Notes under the pieces: model-generated
Database searches by the model: none
What the model saw: the letters and a program-made list of their open reading frames with translations, nothing else
Told to the model about the DNA's origin: nothing
Assembly: GCA_002269645.1 (NCBI GenBank)
Contig: NIVC01002859.1
Span: 1 to 64,000, forward strand
Reading direction: 5' to 3'
Length of the DNA stretch: 64,000 nucleotides
From: Macrostomum lignano
Taxonomy: Eukaryota
Translations under genes and position numbers: made by a program
Shown here: positions 1-12,247 of the stretch, piece by piece
Position numbering within the stretch: the first letter of the stretch is position 1
Layout: each line of letters begins with the position of its first letter

Positions 1-3000
1 TTCGATCACATAGCTAGCTAGCTAGATAGATAAAACTCAATTTTAATTTATTAAGATTCTAAGCTTTCTTGGCTAAGAATGATAACATCAATTAAAAACA
101 TGTCAGTTTTATTCTAGGAAGTAGGCTAATTCATATAAACAATTTGGAAATGAGTAGTATGAAAATACTATGGAATTTTTTGCAGATTATGAAAACTAGG
201 CCAGCTGAAACATATTGCATGGCACATTTAGATTTGATAAGTTGTAATAATAATGACATTGTGTGATTTGCAATATATAATAAATAACTAAAAGTAAGCA
301 ATACTATTTAGTTTTGTTAGTTTTTGGTCTTAGATTTTGGAATTTCCATCATTGAATTCGTCCTTTTCTTCTTTACAAACTATATTTGCCCCAATATCTG
401 TTCATACCAAGCTTTCTTGAGTTTATATATGCAAGCTCTAAACTTATACTAGCCTGGCAACTTAGTTTTTCAGAATATCAAAAACAAATTAAAATTGTCA
501 ACTTATTGTGCTTTGTCAAAAAGTCAACAAATTTGCCTTTTAATCCTTTGGTCTACCACAATTTATACAAGTTAGATCGACTATGTTGGCTGGTATTGGC
601 ATATTAGAGTTGATATTTTTCATTACTTATTCTCAGAGGAAAGGTGATTACTTCAAATATTGAATTAAAAAACAAAGGCATACCTTAAATTAGAACTTCA
701 CTATATTCTATAACCAAATTTTTATATTTATAGCTAATTAATTTCTTGTAACTTTTTACAATGCCAAATGTAATGGCAACAATTTTTTTTATGATTTACG
801 AGGCCAATAATAAAGTGAAAAGTAAAGAGTGATTATATTAGTTTAACCTCTGACTAGTTAACAATTCTCATTTATTTATTATATAAGAAAACGGCAAGCA
901 TCACATTTATCTGACTTTTAGCCCCTATCACCCTAATTACAAAATCTATCTAAATGGCATTGAAAATATTTGCTGCTTAAGTCTTTGACCTCAGACTTAA
1001 GAACTTCTATATACCCCTTGCATTTGCATTGAAAATGAAAAGATTCATCTTAACTTTAGTCTTTCCTTCAACCACTTATTTGATTTACTTAATTTAGCTA
1101 TAAAGGATTCAAAGTATCTAGATATAGCAAGAAGGCATTGTTTTCTACTCTATTAACCCTTGACCCCTAATGACCTATAAATTCCACTTCAAATTTTCAC
1201 TTGGCCATGTGACTTTCTAAAATAAAAAATACAACTTAGGATCCATGAAAAAAACCCCTAAAACAAAAATTAATGTAATTTTAGGTAAATAATAAAGTAG
1301 CTATAATTGCAGTATTAAAGCAAAATACTTCAACATGTAAAAACAAACTATGTCTATATTTTGTGGATCAGCATTTTTGCAGCTTACTTAAAGCCTTGGC
1401 TAGACCTTTTATTACCAAGCCAAATTTTATTTAGCAATTTTTTTTTATTTTAAAAGGTAATTTTATTATCATTGAGGATCTTTTGCTTAAAAAATATAAA
1501 AATAGGGCCTTTTGCTATAGGCCAATATGTATAGATAGCATTATACATATATATACATATTATGTTATACATATATTATACATATTATACATATATATAC
1601 ATATTATGCCGCTACAAGTTTTGATTGCCATAACTGTAATCATAGCCATAAGAAGTAAGCAACTTATATAGCCAAATTTTCCTATCATTAAAGGGCTAAA
1701 AATGTCTTTAACTGTAAATTGCTATAACCATAGCCATAATATAACAAAAATGGCTATTTTGTATAGAAAATTGTAGAATATATAAATAACCAAGACAGAA
1801 TAGATTAGATTAGCATAGTCATTAAAGCACAAATATAGCAAAAACTATAAAAATTCTGTCTTGATGTCTAGACAACTAGACAAACAAATGAAACATTTTT
1901 GAAGTTTTATAGAAAGTGTTAGTTCCCTATGTACATTTAACAAATATTTTAGTTTAAAATAACTAATTTATTTATCAATAGTGAATAGTGAAGCTTCAAT
2001 AATGAAAAATATGAATATAGTTTACTTTGTGTACTAGTCAACATTTTTGTTTTTTTTCACTTTTTAATTTTTATAGGCCTATTTGATGGCTAATGCCAAC
2101 AATTTTCATTATGGATAACCATTATGGCAAAGTCTAGAAATTTGCTATAATTTGTAACTGTAGCCATAAGCTAAAAATTTTCCATAGGCCTAGCCATAAT
2201 TGGTAATGAAAATATAGTTGCAAAAGTGCTACTCTTATAATTTATAATAACAATAACTGTAGCAGTGTAGGTAGGCCTTAATATAATGATGGCAAAGCAC
2301 TAAATAGAATATAGCAAAATTAAAAAATTGGAGGCAAGTTTTTTGAGAATCTATTTTGGTAGGCCTATTCTTAAGCAATAAAATTATTTTGAACTAAAAG
2401 TTTATTTTAGACTTCAAAAAAGTTAAAAACATTTATAAAGGCATAAATTATCAATATATAGGATTATAGTCTTATCTATAATAAAATGATTTGTTAATTT
2501 AAAACAATAAATTAAGTTATGACTAAAATTTGATAAAATTCATTGACAATTTTTTTAAATATAAGATTAAAATTATAAATTTTTACAAAAACTTTATCAA
2601 TTGAGGCTTAGTAGGCCTAGTCTTAGATAAATATTAAAAAATCAATAAAACAACAAAGCAGTTTTTGTATTAAATTTAAAAAATCTATCTCAGTTGCAAA
2701 AAAACATATCTAATATAGCTTTAAATATTTTAAACCAAATATGAAAAGTTCTTAGTTCTTTTACATATATTTGTAGACATGTAGCTAGCAAGCATAATTT
2801 TGAGCCAAAACAGTCTTAAAGGTTTCTGAGAAACGAAAAGTTTCCAGTCCTTCCTCCTACTCAAGTCGTCCCCTCCTTGTTAATGTTAGTATGCCCAGGC
2901 CAGGCCTAGCCTAACGCTCTAACTCAAGTCAAAGTCAGGCACAGCCTCCAAGGGACCAAGGGTCACCAATTTGTACCATAAATAATAGTGAATGGCTAGG

Positions 3001-5235
3001 GCCTATAATGGAAGTAATTGATGATACCTAAAGAACAAACAAGTACCAACAAAAAACGTTAAAAGGTTTTTTATAGTTATGCTCTAGCTGTGAATGTCAA
3101 GCATTTTAAATGAAAATAAAGTGGTGCGACTTTTACTGCAATGTTGTACTCTAAGTGACTTTTTCCAGGAAAGGGTGATTGATTTAAAATGTCAAGGCGA
3201 AGAAATAACAAAAATTACGAGGATTCACTTATCAAGCTAGACTGTCATGCAAAGCTTCATTGCTTTTAAATCACTTAGCTCTAACTGGAATAGAAAATAC
3301 CAGTTTTGGATCGTTTATTTATCGATCGGATGGACTGTGGTGTACCCTGAAGTGAAGTCTAAAAGATTTGGGTTATTTGGCAGTCTTGTATCATTTGCAC
3401 TTGTTCGTACAGGTACTTTTAATTCCTCATTGCGTTTCCAACATAGGTAAACGCAAGATCTTAGTATAGTATCAACACAATGGTTACACAAAGGAATTGA
3501 CTTGGTAGAAAAAAAGAAACTTTTGTTTCCTAAAAAATATCTTGGGGTTTGCATGGTTTACACGTACATACACTACACTTACGGAAAATACACTTATGGA
3601 GATTTTTTTCATTTTTGGAGGCAGCGGGCTGTGTGCCTCATAGCGCCCTTTAAGCGACATGTCACACAACCGCATATACTGCTGCCCATTATTCCGCCGG
3701 CGATCCCTGCATGAGCAGGCATGCAAGCGGTAAACGTATACGCAGTCATACGTACTGCATCGTCCATGCACACACCCGTGCAGAAATTTTATGAAATTTA
3801 ACGTTTGTAAACGAATAATTACCGGCTTCTGACTATTCACAGTGATCAATAAATCACCTTTCGTGCTCAATAATTATGCAAACACTATCGAGATTGTGCA
3901 TGTTTTTAATTTACTGCTGAAACGAAATTCACCAACTTTAACGATCGAATGCGTTGCGCAAATTTGTTGCACGGGACACTCACACGGGAGCTTGTACAGC
4001 GGCCCTAACTTTATCGGTAGGCATGTACACTTCTCACTAAATGTAGACATGTACCTTATAGGGTTGGCCCTCATAACGGCGTTACTGCACGAGTAGACCC
4101 AAACTCGAGATTCCAACTTTATAGCTCCAAATTAATATGACTGTATTTGAAATCGAATCTGGGCAGGTTTTAGCGAAAAAAAACTGTAAAGACCACGTTT
4201 TAACTTTTTTTGATCTAGCTACATGCATGAGCCCTAGCGGGATGGCAGCATGTGCATTTTCGGTATGTTTGCGAAATAGCTTTGCTAGGAAAGTCTGCAC
4301 CGCTCAATCAAGGAAGACTTTAGTATAGTTGGGCCACCAAATATTTTTGCAGCTTGTTTTTTGTGCGACCATAAACTGGTACACTTTTAATTTGCTCTAA
4401 ATTTTGAACTTACTAGAAAGTCGATTTTGGCATATTATACATGTATTCAGCGACAGAGAGCTAAATTGGCACATAAAAATCCAGAGTAGTTGCTTAGCTA
4501 TAAGTATATGTGCAACTATTTCAATGAATGTAAGCGACCTGTGAGTATGGGTGCATACGGCCTTATGCATGCAGTATTAGGAAACGCACAATTCAGCCAT
4601 GAACAACGTACGTAAACCAGAGAGAGCTTCTGATCTTTGAAAAAATACAAAATCAACAAAACATCAGTTGATTTTGTGCCATTTTCAAACGCTTCACTTG
4701 TAGACTGCTTGCTTTTTTGGTCACGATTCTTCGTCTTATGCAACGCTCTGGACTAAGGAGTGAGATAGACCAGACGTCTCTATACTGCCTTCTAATAAAC
4801 CAACCCATCATATGCAAACACAGCTCAGGCAGGGTAGTGTGCAGCGGCAGTTGTTTTTTTCGCCTTTCTCTTCAGGCTCTTTCCATCACTAAGCCTTGCT
4901 GTCTACTTCGCTAGCCGCCCACCCCAAACAGTACGACAGATGACAGTAAAATGGTTAGGCGGGTCTTTTAATACTCTATATAAGAATCATTGAAGCCGCA
5001 CAGCGTACTAAGGTCCGAAAGTTTTTAAGCACCCGAAACAGTTGATAAATAGGCCACAAAGACATTCACAGACAGCCACAGAAACAGAAATGCTCGGCCA
5101 GAAGCATCAGCCCCTAGCGGCTCCACCTCCTGTGCTGCCGCCTCCTGTGCCTCCCAGCCGCCGCCACCAGCTGGAGCCGTCGACGGCAACGAGTGGGGCC
5201 TAAATGAGGCAGATATTGAGGCACTGTTTGTCAAG

Positions 5236-6750
5236 ATGCAGGTTCCTCCAAAGCCACCAGTCAGAGAGCCGACAGTGCTACCGCCGAGTCAGGTGGAGCT
5301 GACAGAGGAGGACCGGCTGAGTCTGGCTCGAATCCAGCAGAGGGAGGCTGAGGGCCGCGTCAGAAAGACGACTCGGAGTTCCGAACTGCAACCGGCTGTC
5401 GTAGGGCACAACAAATCGGAGGAGAAGCAGACCCAGCGTCTGCTCAGACAGTGGTTCTTCGAGGAACGCTACCAGCTGGACAAAGTCAACAATGCACAGA
5501 GGGCAACCTACAGACAGCTCCGTCAGCTTCATGTTGACCGGCGGCGCCAAGTCAGAGAACTTATGAATTATCGCCGCGAGGAAGCTCGAGCTGAGGTGCA
5601 GCGAGAGCGCGATAGGCAGCAGCGTGCCAAGGAGTTGGCGTTGCTGGAGAAGCAGATGGAGAAACTCCGCGAAGAGGAGGCGCTTGAGAAACGGCTCGGC
5701 AGTCCAGAAGAGGATCAGGTCAAACTACCGCCAGTGAAGAAGCGGAAGGCCAAGGCCGCGACTACCAGAGAGACCGACGCAGCCCTGTCGGCAATCGCGG
5801 CAGCGACTATGGAAGCTGCACAGGAGACTGAAGTGGTGAATTCTACCAGCGAGGAGATACAAAATGTAGTTGACGAGCAGCCGCCCAAACAGGATATTGA
5901 AACACAGGAAGAAGTTGTTACTATGACGTCCAAGGTAGTTGAGGTCGAGAGACGCGGGATGCAGGCGGTGCGGCAGGGCTCCGATGTGATGACAGTGCTG
6001 GAGCGTTCGCGCAGTAAGAGTTTCATTCGTGAGTCAACCGGCTTGAAAGCAGCTCCTGCCTCACAGCAGCAACCGGAAAGTACTACAAAACAGCAGATGG
6101 AACAGCAGCCAGCTCCAACGAAACCGATTTCTGAGCCAAAGAAGAAAGCAGCAGCGGTTGCTGAAGCAGCGGAGAAGTTGAAGCGTGAGCAAACGCCACC
6201 TCCGCCACCGCCACCGCCGCCACCACTGCCACAAATTGAGAGGCCGCCACTGACACAGGTGGAGAAGAACCGACTTCGGGCCAAGCGCAGAGAAGAGGCT
6301 TCAAAGAAACTGCTGCACGAGCCGTACACGCACTACAGAATGGTCAAGGGAGGCAGCATCGAGCCGGTAGAGTTCCAGCCGCCCAAGTTCCCGACCACAG
6401 AGCCAAGTAACCGGCCTCTCTATGAGCAGCATAAGCGTCTAGAGAGAGAGAAAGCCAATTACATGTCCAGCATGAATAGGTTGGGCCAATTCACCGCCGA
6501 GGTGCTCAATGAGGAAATCAGACTGGCTCAAGCGTTCGAGATGCCGAAAGAGAAGGAGAACAAGTCAAGACCACCCAAGGAGATGAAGCTGGGGCCATCT
6601 GACTGGATGAAGGTCTTCATTCGTACGAATGCTCCGGAGGACGTTGAGTCCGGCAGCTTTGAAGCCATGAAGTACGTCGAGTATCTGAGACCCGAGGCGC
6701 CCAATACCAACAGGGACATAGAGCCCGAAAAGCTATTCGATGATGCTTGA
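5236..6750 (+). CDS. Uncharacterised intronless coiled-coil protein with a proline-rich segment (504 aa)
   Basis: Uninterrupted 1515-nt ATG-to-TGA ORF with coding-like GC content against AT-rich flanks. E/R/Q/K-rich helical N-terminal half, poly-Pro tract (PPPPPPPPPPLP), charged C-terminus. No family recognised. Confidence 0.75.
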   Translation: MQVPPKPPVREPTVLPPSQVELTEEDRLSLARIQQREAEGRVRKTTRSSELQPAVVGHNKSEEKQTQRLLRQWFFEERYQLDKVNNAQRATYRQLRQLHVDRRRQVRELMNYRREEARAEVQRERDRQQRAKELALLEKQMEKLREEEALEKRLGSPEEDQVKLPPVKKRKAKAATTRETDAALSAIAAATMEAAQETEVVNSTSEEIQNVVDEQPPKQDIETQEEVVTMTSKVVEVERRGMQAVRQGSDVMTVLERSRSKSFIRESTGLKAAPASQQQPESTTKQQMEQQPAPTKPISEPKKKAAAVAEAAEKLKREQTPPPPPPPPPPLPQIERPPLTQVEKNRLRAKRREEASKKLLHEPYTHYRMVKGGSIEPVEFQPPKFPTTEPSNRPLYEQHKRLEREKANYMSSMNRLGQFTAEVLNEEIRLAQAFEMPKEKENKSRPPKEMKLGPSDWMKVFIRTNAPEDVESGSFEAMKYVEYLRPEAPNTNRDIEPEKLFDDA

Positions 6751-7381
6751 GTTATCGAGCCCCTACTACTACGAGTAAATTTAAAGTGCAGCATAAATAG
6801 CGAAAAATCGAAGTTGACCAGACGTTTTGGTGTTTTCAATCCTATTGGCTGTACATAAAAAGCGCCGTATTTTCAAGTGCCTCAAGATTATTTTTTCTCT
6901 AACTTACTGCAAACATTTTTTGCAAAAAACCCATTGAACAATGCTCGTAGTCACTTTATTGCACCCAAAATATTTAAGATTAAGAGCTTACGCCCAATTT
7001 CTTGCAACTAACTGCAGCACATTTTGTTGTCTTGAGTCAGGGAAGAGTTTATTTATTTTGTTCTCATACGAGCTATTTAGAAAGCAGATTGTAAACCTGC
7101 ATTATGGAACATCTTTCTAAGTACGGGTATCTAGAAGGCTCCTCGCGAGCATGTAAATGTGCGCACTGCTGCAAAAAGCTATACAGACCTCGCGGAATAC
7201 AGCTTGCGACCGAAAAATAATTCTTAAAATCAACACAAACAACACAATGACTAAAATAAGCATCAAACAGCGATAGCTGATGGAAGCGTAATGAAACCAA
7301 AGAGCTGAGGCTTAGAGACGAACAGTTTATACCATTAAAAACACTTAACACCATAAGCTTAAATGCTCCGGGTCTCCTTCA

Positions 7382-9028
7382 TCAGGCCGCTCTCAACCGC
7401 TTTTTGTCCGGGTCAGCATCTAGGAAGTTCCAGCACCAGTAGCTCAAGTCCCAGGCGCACCGCTTGTCGTGCCTGTCTTGCTTGGTCAGCATCTCCAGCT
7501 TGCTAGCGCAGGTGACGTCCTTCATCGATTGGTTCAGAATCTCGAAGCGAAAATAGCTGGCGATGATCTTGCGGATGCTAAAGTAGCAGTTGTAGGGGGC
7601 ACTGCCGGGGACGAAAATCTCCTTGAAGTAATTTGTCACCGGAATGTTGATGCAGGTGGCCATATTCTCCCTCATCTTAGCAAAAAGAGATTCAAGAACG
7701 TCTATAGAAAAATTTGTGTAGAGACCTTCTGAGAACTCGTATGTTACTCGCTTAGTGATCATGTGAATTGAATCGTTCGACGACCAGAACTTCTCCTTCA
7801 TGTCAATTGTGCGCGACTTTTCCGCGATCACGTCGCAGGGTTGACTAACGGACTTGCTATCGAGCTGCAGCCGAGAGTCCCACGGTAGCCGGTTCAGCAG
7901 ACAGTAGACAAAAACATAAAATGCCGATTCAAGGTCGCAGACGTAGTGACATTTTTTATCCTTCACTTGCGAGTAAGCGACAAATCTGTCGTGAAACAGA
8001 TGGATTGGACTGCTTTGTTGAGTTCCTAGAACGGCCTTGTCAAAACTGGTTATGTACAGCACATTCATTGCCTCGCGACAGCCGAAGCTCAGACATCCCG
8101 GATTAACGTCACAATGCACTACGCCGTACTTGTGCAATATCATTAGTCGACTGATGAGCTGGTCGAGTATTTTGAGTGCAGTAGACAGACTGAACTTTTT
8201 GCCTTGTCTCACCATTAGTTGCATCAGATAGGGAACACTTGGTCCTGTCTTCTCGACCGATAAATAGCTAAAAGAAGACATCATGTTCTTGGCGTCAGTC
8301 CCGAAGCCTGCAGGGCTAATCGGATGTCGGCAAATTCCATCTGACTTCCCATTTAAGTTGTAGTAGTGGAACCCATCAATCTCCATTTTAGGAAAGTCAT
8401 AATTCGACGAGCCAATCAAATTCTTGAACTCAAAAGGCATCGGAAAGCCAACTAGTTGGTCAGGGCTGGTTTTCCTCGCAAGCATCTCTGTCCGGTAGTT
8501 CTCCCAGATGTGCTGCAAAATCTTGAACTCTCGCACTAATTTGAAAGGCTCTGGAAACCTGGCGTTACCGACTGGTATTGCTTCTATTTTCAGGATCAGC
8601 TGGTAGCAAAAGTCGGAGGAGCGCGTCTCTTGCAGCACAGGATTCGGCTTTCGGCGCTCGTTGGTGTAACGCTCAATGACCTCTTCGAAGGCTTGATGAA
8701 AGGTCAACTCTTCGGCCTGCTTTTCAGCTAGCCTCGTTGGCTTGTCCTTCACCACGGGAAACACTTCTGTGATGAAGGAATACTCGTCAGGCTGGGAGGT
8801 GTACACGTAGATTAACGGATTTTCACCAGAGACGTCGTACTTGGTGCTAAAGTCCGAGTGCTGAGTCATGACGCTGAACACCTCTTTGAAAGTTTCTTCA
8901 CGCTTGGCCAGTTTTTCTAATCGGTTGGTCGCGACAGCAATGTCGCCAGACAACGACTCCTGGTCGAGTCCGGTGCTCCACATAGAAAGCCGTTCGGGCC
9001 GTAAAACACTACTCTGTCTGCTGGCCAT
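7382..9028 (-). CDS. Casein kinase 1 / tau-tubulin kinase family protein, probable pseudokinase (548 aa, intronless)
   Basis: CK1-type motifs: LILKIE (VAIKLE), TGPSVPYL...KKFSLSTALKILDQLISRLMILHKYGVVHCD (GPSLEDL...KFSLKTVL..ADQMISRIEYIH..FIHRD), CDLESAFYVFVYCLLNRLPW (DDLESLGYVLMYF.RGSLPW). Catalytic motifs are altered (HCDVNPGC; SFD in place of DFG). Confidence 0.85.
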   Translation of the reverse strand: MASRQSSVLRPERLSMWSTGLDQESLSGDIAVATNRLEKLAKREETFKEVFSVMTQHSDFSTKYDVSGENPLIYVYTSQPDEYSFITEVFPVVKDKPTRLAEKQAEELTFHQAFEEVIERYTNERRKPNPVLQETRSSDFCYQLILKIEAIPVGNARFPEPFKLVREFKILQHIWENYRTEMLARKTSPDQLVGFPMPFEFKNLIGSSNYDFPKMEIDGFHYYNLNGKSDGICRHPISPAGFGTDAKNMMSSFSYLSVEKTGPSVPYLMQLMVRQGKKFSLSTALKILDQLISRLMILHKYGVVHCDVNPGCLSFGCREAMNVLYITSFDKAVLGTQQSSPIHLFHDRFVAYSQVKDKKCHYVCDLESAFYVFVYCLLNRLPWDSRLQLDSKSVSQPCDVIAEKSRTIDMKEKFWSSNDSIHMITKRVTYEFSEGLYTNFSIDVLESLFAKMRENMATCINIPVTNYFKEIFVPGSAPYNCYFSIRKIIASYFRFEILNQSMKDVTCASKLEMLTKQDRHDKRCAWDLSYWCWNFLDADPDKKRLRAA

Positions 9029-9694
9029 GGCTACGTCTGATCAACGATCTATCTTCAGTTTTATAATATCGTACCACTTTCGAAATAGTCGATAAAAACT
9101 GAGTAATTGTTGACACAACTTGTCAAGAACAGAAGCTCAAGTCAATAACTGAGCTATGCTGAGCAATACTGCGCATAGCCAGCCTAGCTAAACGATGCAA
9201 TGCTAATTGTCTATGTCTTGAAGTAGATTTTTGGACAAAGAATTAGACAGTTTTTTTCTGTGCTTAAATTACTGAATGATACTTATATTTAATTAGATAA
9301 AAGATGGCGATGGACATCCCAAGCCATTCTTAAACTTCGCATTCCTCATTTTGTGTAGACTAAACAAAGACTACCACTTACTTACCACGTCAGTCTTCAA
9401 ACCTAAACTAGAATGAATTGCATACGGAAATCATTCGATTTTTGTTTAAATCTCAGTTAATTGTAACAAAATCTTTATTTGCCCCTGATTCGGGCTTGAA
9501 CTAGTAAGAAAAGAACAGAAAAAGACGGATCCAATCGAGACAAAACTTTTGCGCCTAAACGCTGGAGCGCGATTTAACAGGAAAGATAAAAACTACAGAC
9601 ACGCAGAGAAATCGCAAACACAAATAAGATCCACCCTAACAAATGTTACATGCACTCACGGAGAGCTGAAAATCGGGTAAGAAAGGGAGGCAAT

Positions 9695-10054
9695 TCAGTA
9701 AGCTTTGCTGGGGTCGCTCTGCATGGCTTTCCATTCGTTGAAGCTTCCGCTGTAGACGCTTACGTTGGTAAAGTTCAGCTTGGTGAGGGCCTCCGCGGCC
9801 AGGCCGGCTCTCCTCCCGGACTTACACGCTGTGACGATCGGGTCATCCGGATTTGGTTTGTCGCCATGGTAACGCGACTTGAACTCCGCGTCTGTCAGCT
9901 GCATAGCCTCGGCGATTTCGTTGTGGGGTACCAGCAGGTACTTTGGATAGGGGCCATCGGTCTTCACCTCGTCCTGGGTGCGCACGTCCAGAAGAAGGCC
10001 GCTGTTGGTCTTCAGCATCTTCACCACCTCATCGTAGTTGACTGTCTTGGCCAT
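9695..10054 (-). CDS. Single-domain rhodanese / thiosulfate sulfurtransferase-like protein (TSTD/Hsp67Bb type)
   Basis: LLLDVRTQDE, active-site loop CKSGRRA and VSVYSGSFNEW are typical rhodanese motifs. A 5'-UTR intron is likely (acceptor CAG just before ccATG; donor GTGAGG near 10206). Confidence 0.92.
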   Translation of the reverse strand: MAKTVNYDEVVKMLKTNSGLLLDVRTQDEVKTDGPYPKYLLVPHNEIAEAMQLTDAEFKSRYHGDKPNPDDPIVTACKSGRRAGLAAEALTKLNFTNVSVYSGSFNEWKAMQSDPSKAY

Positions 10055-11237
10055 GGCTGATATTAGATTGGGCAGATTTAGTGAAGCAGATGATAATGTC
10101 TTTTGAATGAATTGTTACAGGTCAGGACAATTAAACTGGTTTAATTAGGCAGAAGCTGCTATAACGCTAGTGATTTTAAATATTTTTGAGTAGAAAAAAG
10201 CCTCACCTTTTGCTAGTTTGAGCAGGAATACAAAGAAACAATGAATGCCACTGTAAATGCGCATACTACGCTTCACTTCAGCTGGCAAAAGCAATTCTGT
10301 CGCAAGCAGCGACCACTTGAGCTATAGCTATAGCTACTCCTTATTGCTCACATTGACTGGCTGTCTCTCCCTTTCTCTCCTTCTTCTGTCCTCTCTCCGT
10401 CCTCTTCTCTAGCCGCTGTGCTTTTCAAACGATTGTTCGTGCAGAGAAATTCAATAGCTAGCTAGGGGTTTAATTCAATACTTGCGCAGCCGAATTACCG
10501 ATTCAAGCAAGTAATAAATGGGTAAAATGAGCCAACTACGTCCATGGACTGGCCAAGTTCAGGATTGATTTTTGTTCTCTGGTTTGCAGCAAAGACTTTC
10601 TCGTCAAGAAACGAGTCCTCAACCTGTGCATCAAACCATGCAGAGACTATAAATGCACTCAGCGCTCTTCTTTCAGTTTACAGACATTTAGATACATATC
10701 ATTTTAATATATCTTTATGTCTAGATCCATGCAAGTCGTGACTAAAATTTCCTTGACTAATTCTAGTTACATATAGTATTTTAATCGATTCATTGAGTTT
10801 CAATTCGTTCAAAAGACACAAAAAGTACCATGCTAAAATTTTGTCACTGAGTAAGTCACAGAAAACTTTCTTCCCACGCAAGTCAACATAACTGACGACA
10901 AAGTAAGTTATTCCTTAAGCCAATTCCAAAACATTTTTTTCTTTTAGATTAGTCTTCTCATTCGCCATCTCATTCTCTCACTCTCCTATTTTTCTCTCCC
11001 GGACGCTATTCTATGGGTTGGTTTTGCCATATCTCTGCTTCTGTGAACCAACAATGACCTGCCGAGCGGAAAAGACTGCAAACGACACGGCTGAACCATT
11101 TGTCACAGGCAGTTTTCGTTTGATAGGCCCAACTAAAATAAAACTGGAGACAGGCAGAGTCCATCAGATATAGCATATGCTTTACCTTAAAGCTCGCAAA
11201 TGCTACACATGTAGTAAGACCCAGACACAGCTGCAAC

Positions 11238-11760
11238 ATGCCTCATAGTCTCAGACGTTTGTGGCCTTCGCAGTCACTGCTCTACTGGGCTCCGAGTCGA
11301 TGTGTCAATGCAAGACCACTCCACTCGTTTGTTAGAAGAAATGACGACTGTAGAACTGTGCAGCAAAATCTGTACCTAAAAAAAACTCCAGCAACGTCTC
11401 TTTAGGTCCCGCGCCAGAATCTGAGTGCATGTACCAATGTCGCTGCAATGCCAGCCGGATTTGTGGAGGAGCGCACCGAAACTCCAGCTACGAGAGCATC
11501 GACTTAATGAGTGAGGGCGATCAAACCTGACTGCTGGACAGTTTAATTGACTCTGGGGCCTCGGTATTCATTGGAATTTGCAGACTCTTAGGAGCGTCGT
11601 TTGCGCAAGTTTGCCGCCTCTGCCTTGACGATTTTTTAGCCTACGCTGCCTTGTCAGGTTGAGCGGCCTGGTGGGTGCATCAAAGCGTGGATCAGCACCC
11701 AGCACCGCTCAACTCCTTCCCCGCCTTCCTGCTGTGTACCTCCCCGGGAATGTCTGCAGC
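11238..11760 (+). pseudogene. Decayed copy of the WSC+PAN secreted protein gene
   Basis: Remnants match the two downstream copies: signal peptide FVAFAVTALLGSESMCQCKTTP (out of frame with the ATG), WSC end LGPAPESECMYQCRCNASRICGGAHRNSSYE (about 11401-11510), and exon-2 start with a TAG stop followed by RRLRKFAASA (about 11584-11630). The central WSC region is missing. Confidence 0.8.
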
Positions 11761-12247
11761 TAAGTAAATTAAGTCAAAGTGCAAATTATTCTTGACTATA
11801 AACTAAGGAACGAACTCATACAGAGCTTTCGTACCTTGTCTAAGTCGTAACCAACAAACATCGACGCGTGTTTAAACTGCAATTCACTAGTTTATTACTT
11901 TTCAAAGCAAATCTAGTTTTTCACGCTGGCGGCTAACAAAAAACTTAAAAACTTTTTCTTCCCATTCCATTCAATGAAAAAGTTGAAAGGTAGAGCTAAA
12001 AAATAGGCATTAAAAGCTGTCACGCATCCGTCACGTCAGTAATTTTTTAGCATCACTCATTGAACAAAAAGCGAAATTTTCTCTTGGCTTTGCGTGTCAA
12101 TTTACTGCTTAAATTCTAAATTCTCTGCTCGCCCTGGGATTCCGAAAAAAACTCAATGCCAGTAGAGCTACTATAAAAGTTTGCAAAGGAGATCGCTGGC
12201 ACGTGTGCCAGATACATTTCTTTGTGCGGGATCTCACAACAGAGGCA

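Noticed and set aside
1-3400. Short ORFs in the very AT-rich opening region
   Set aside because: Low-complexity translations with no recognisable domain or splice structure; treated as intergenic.
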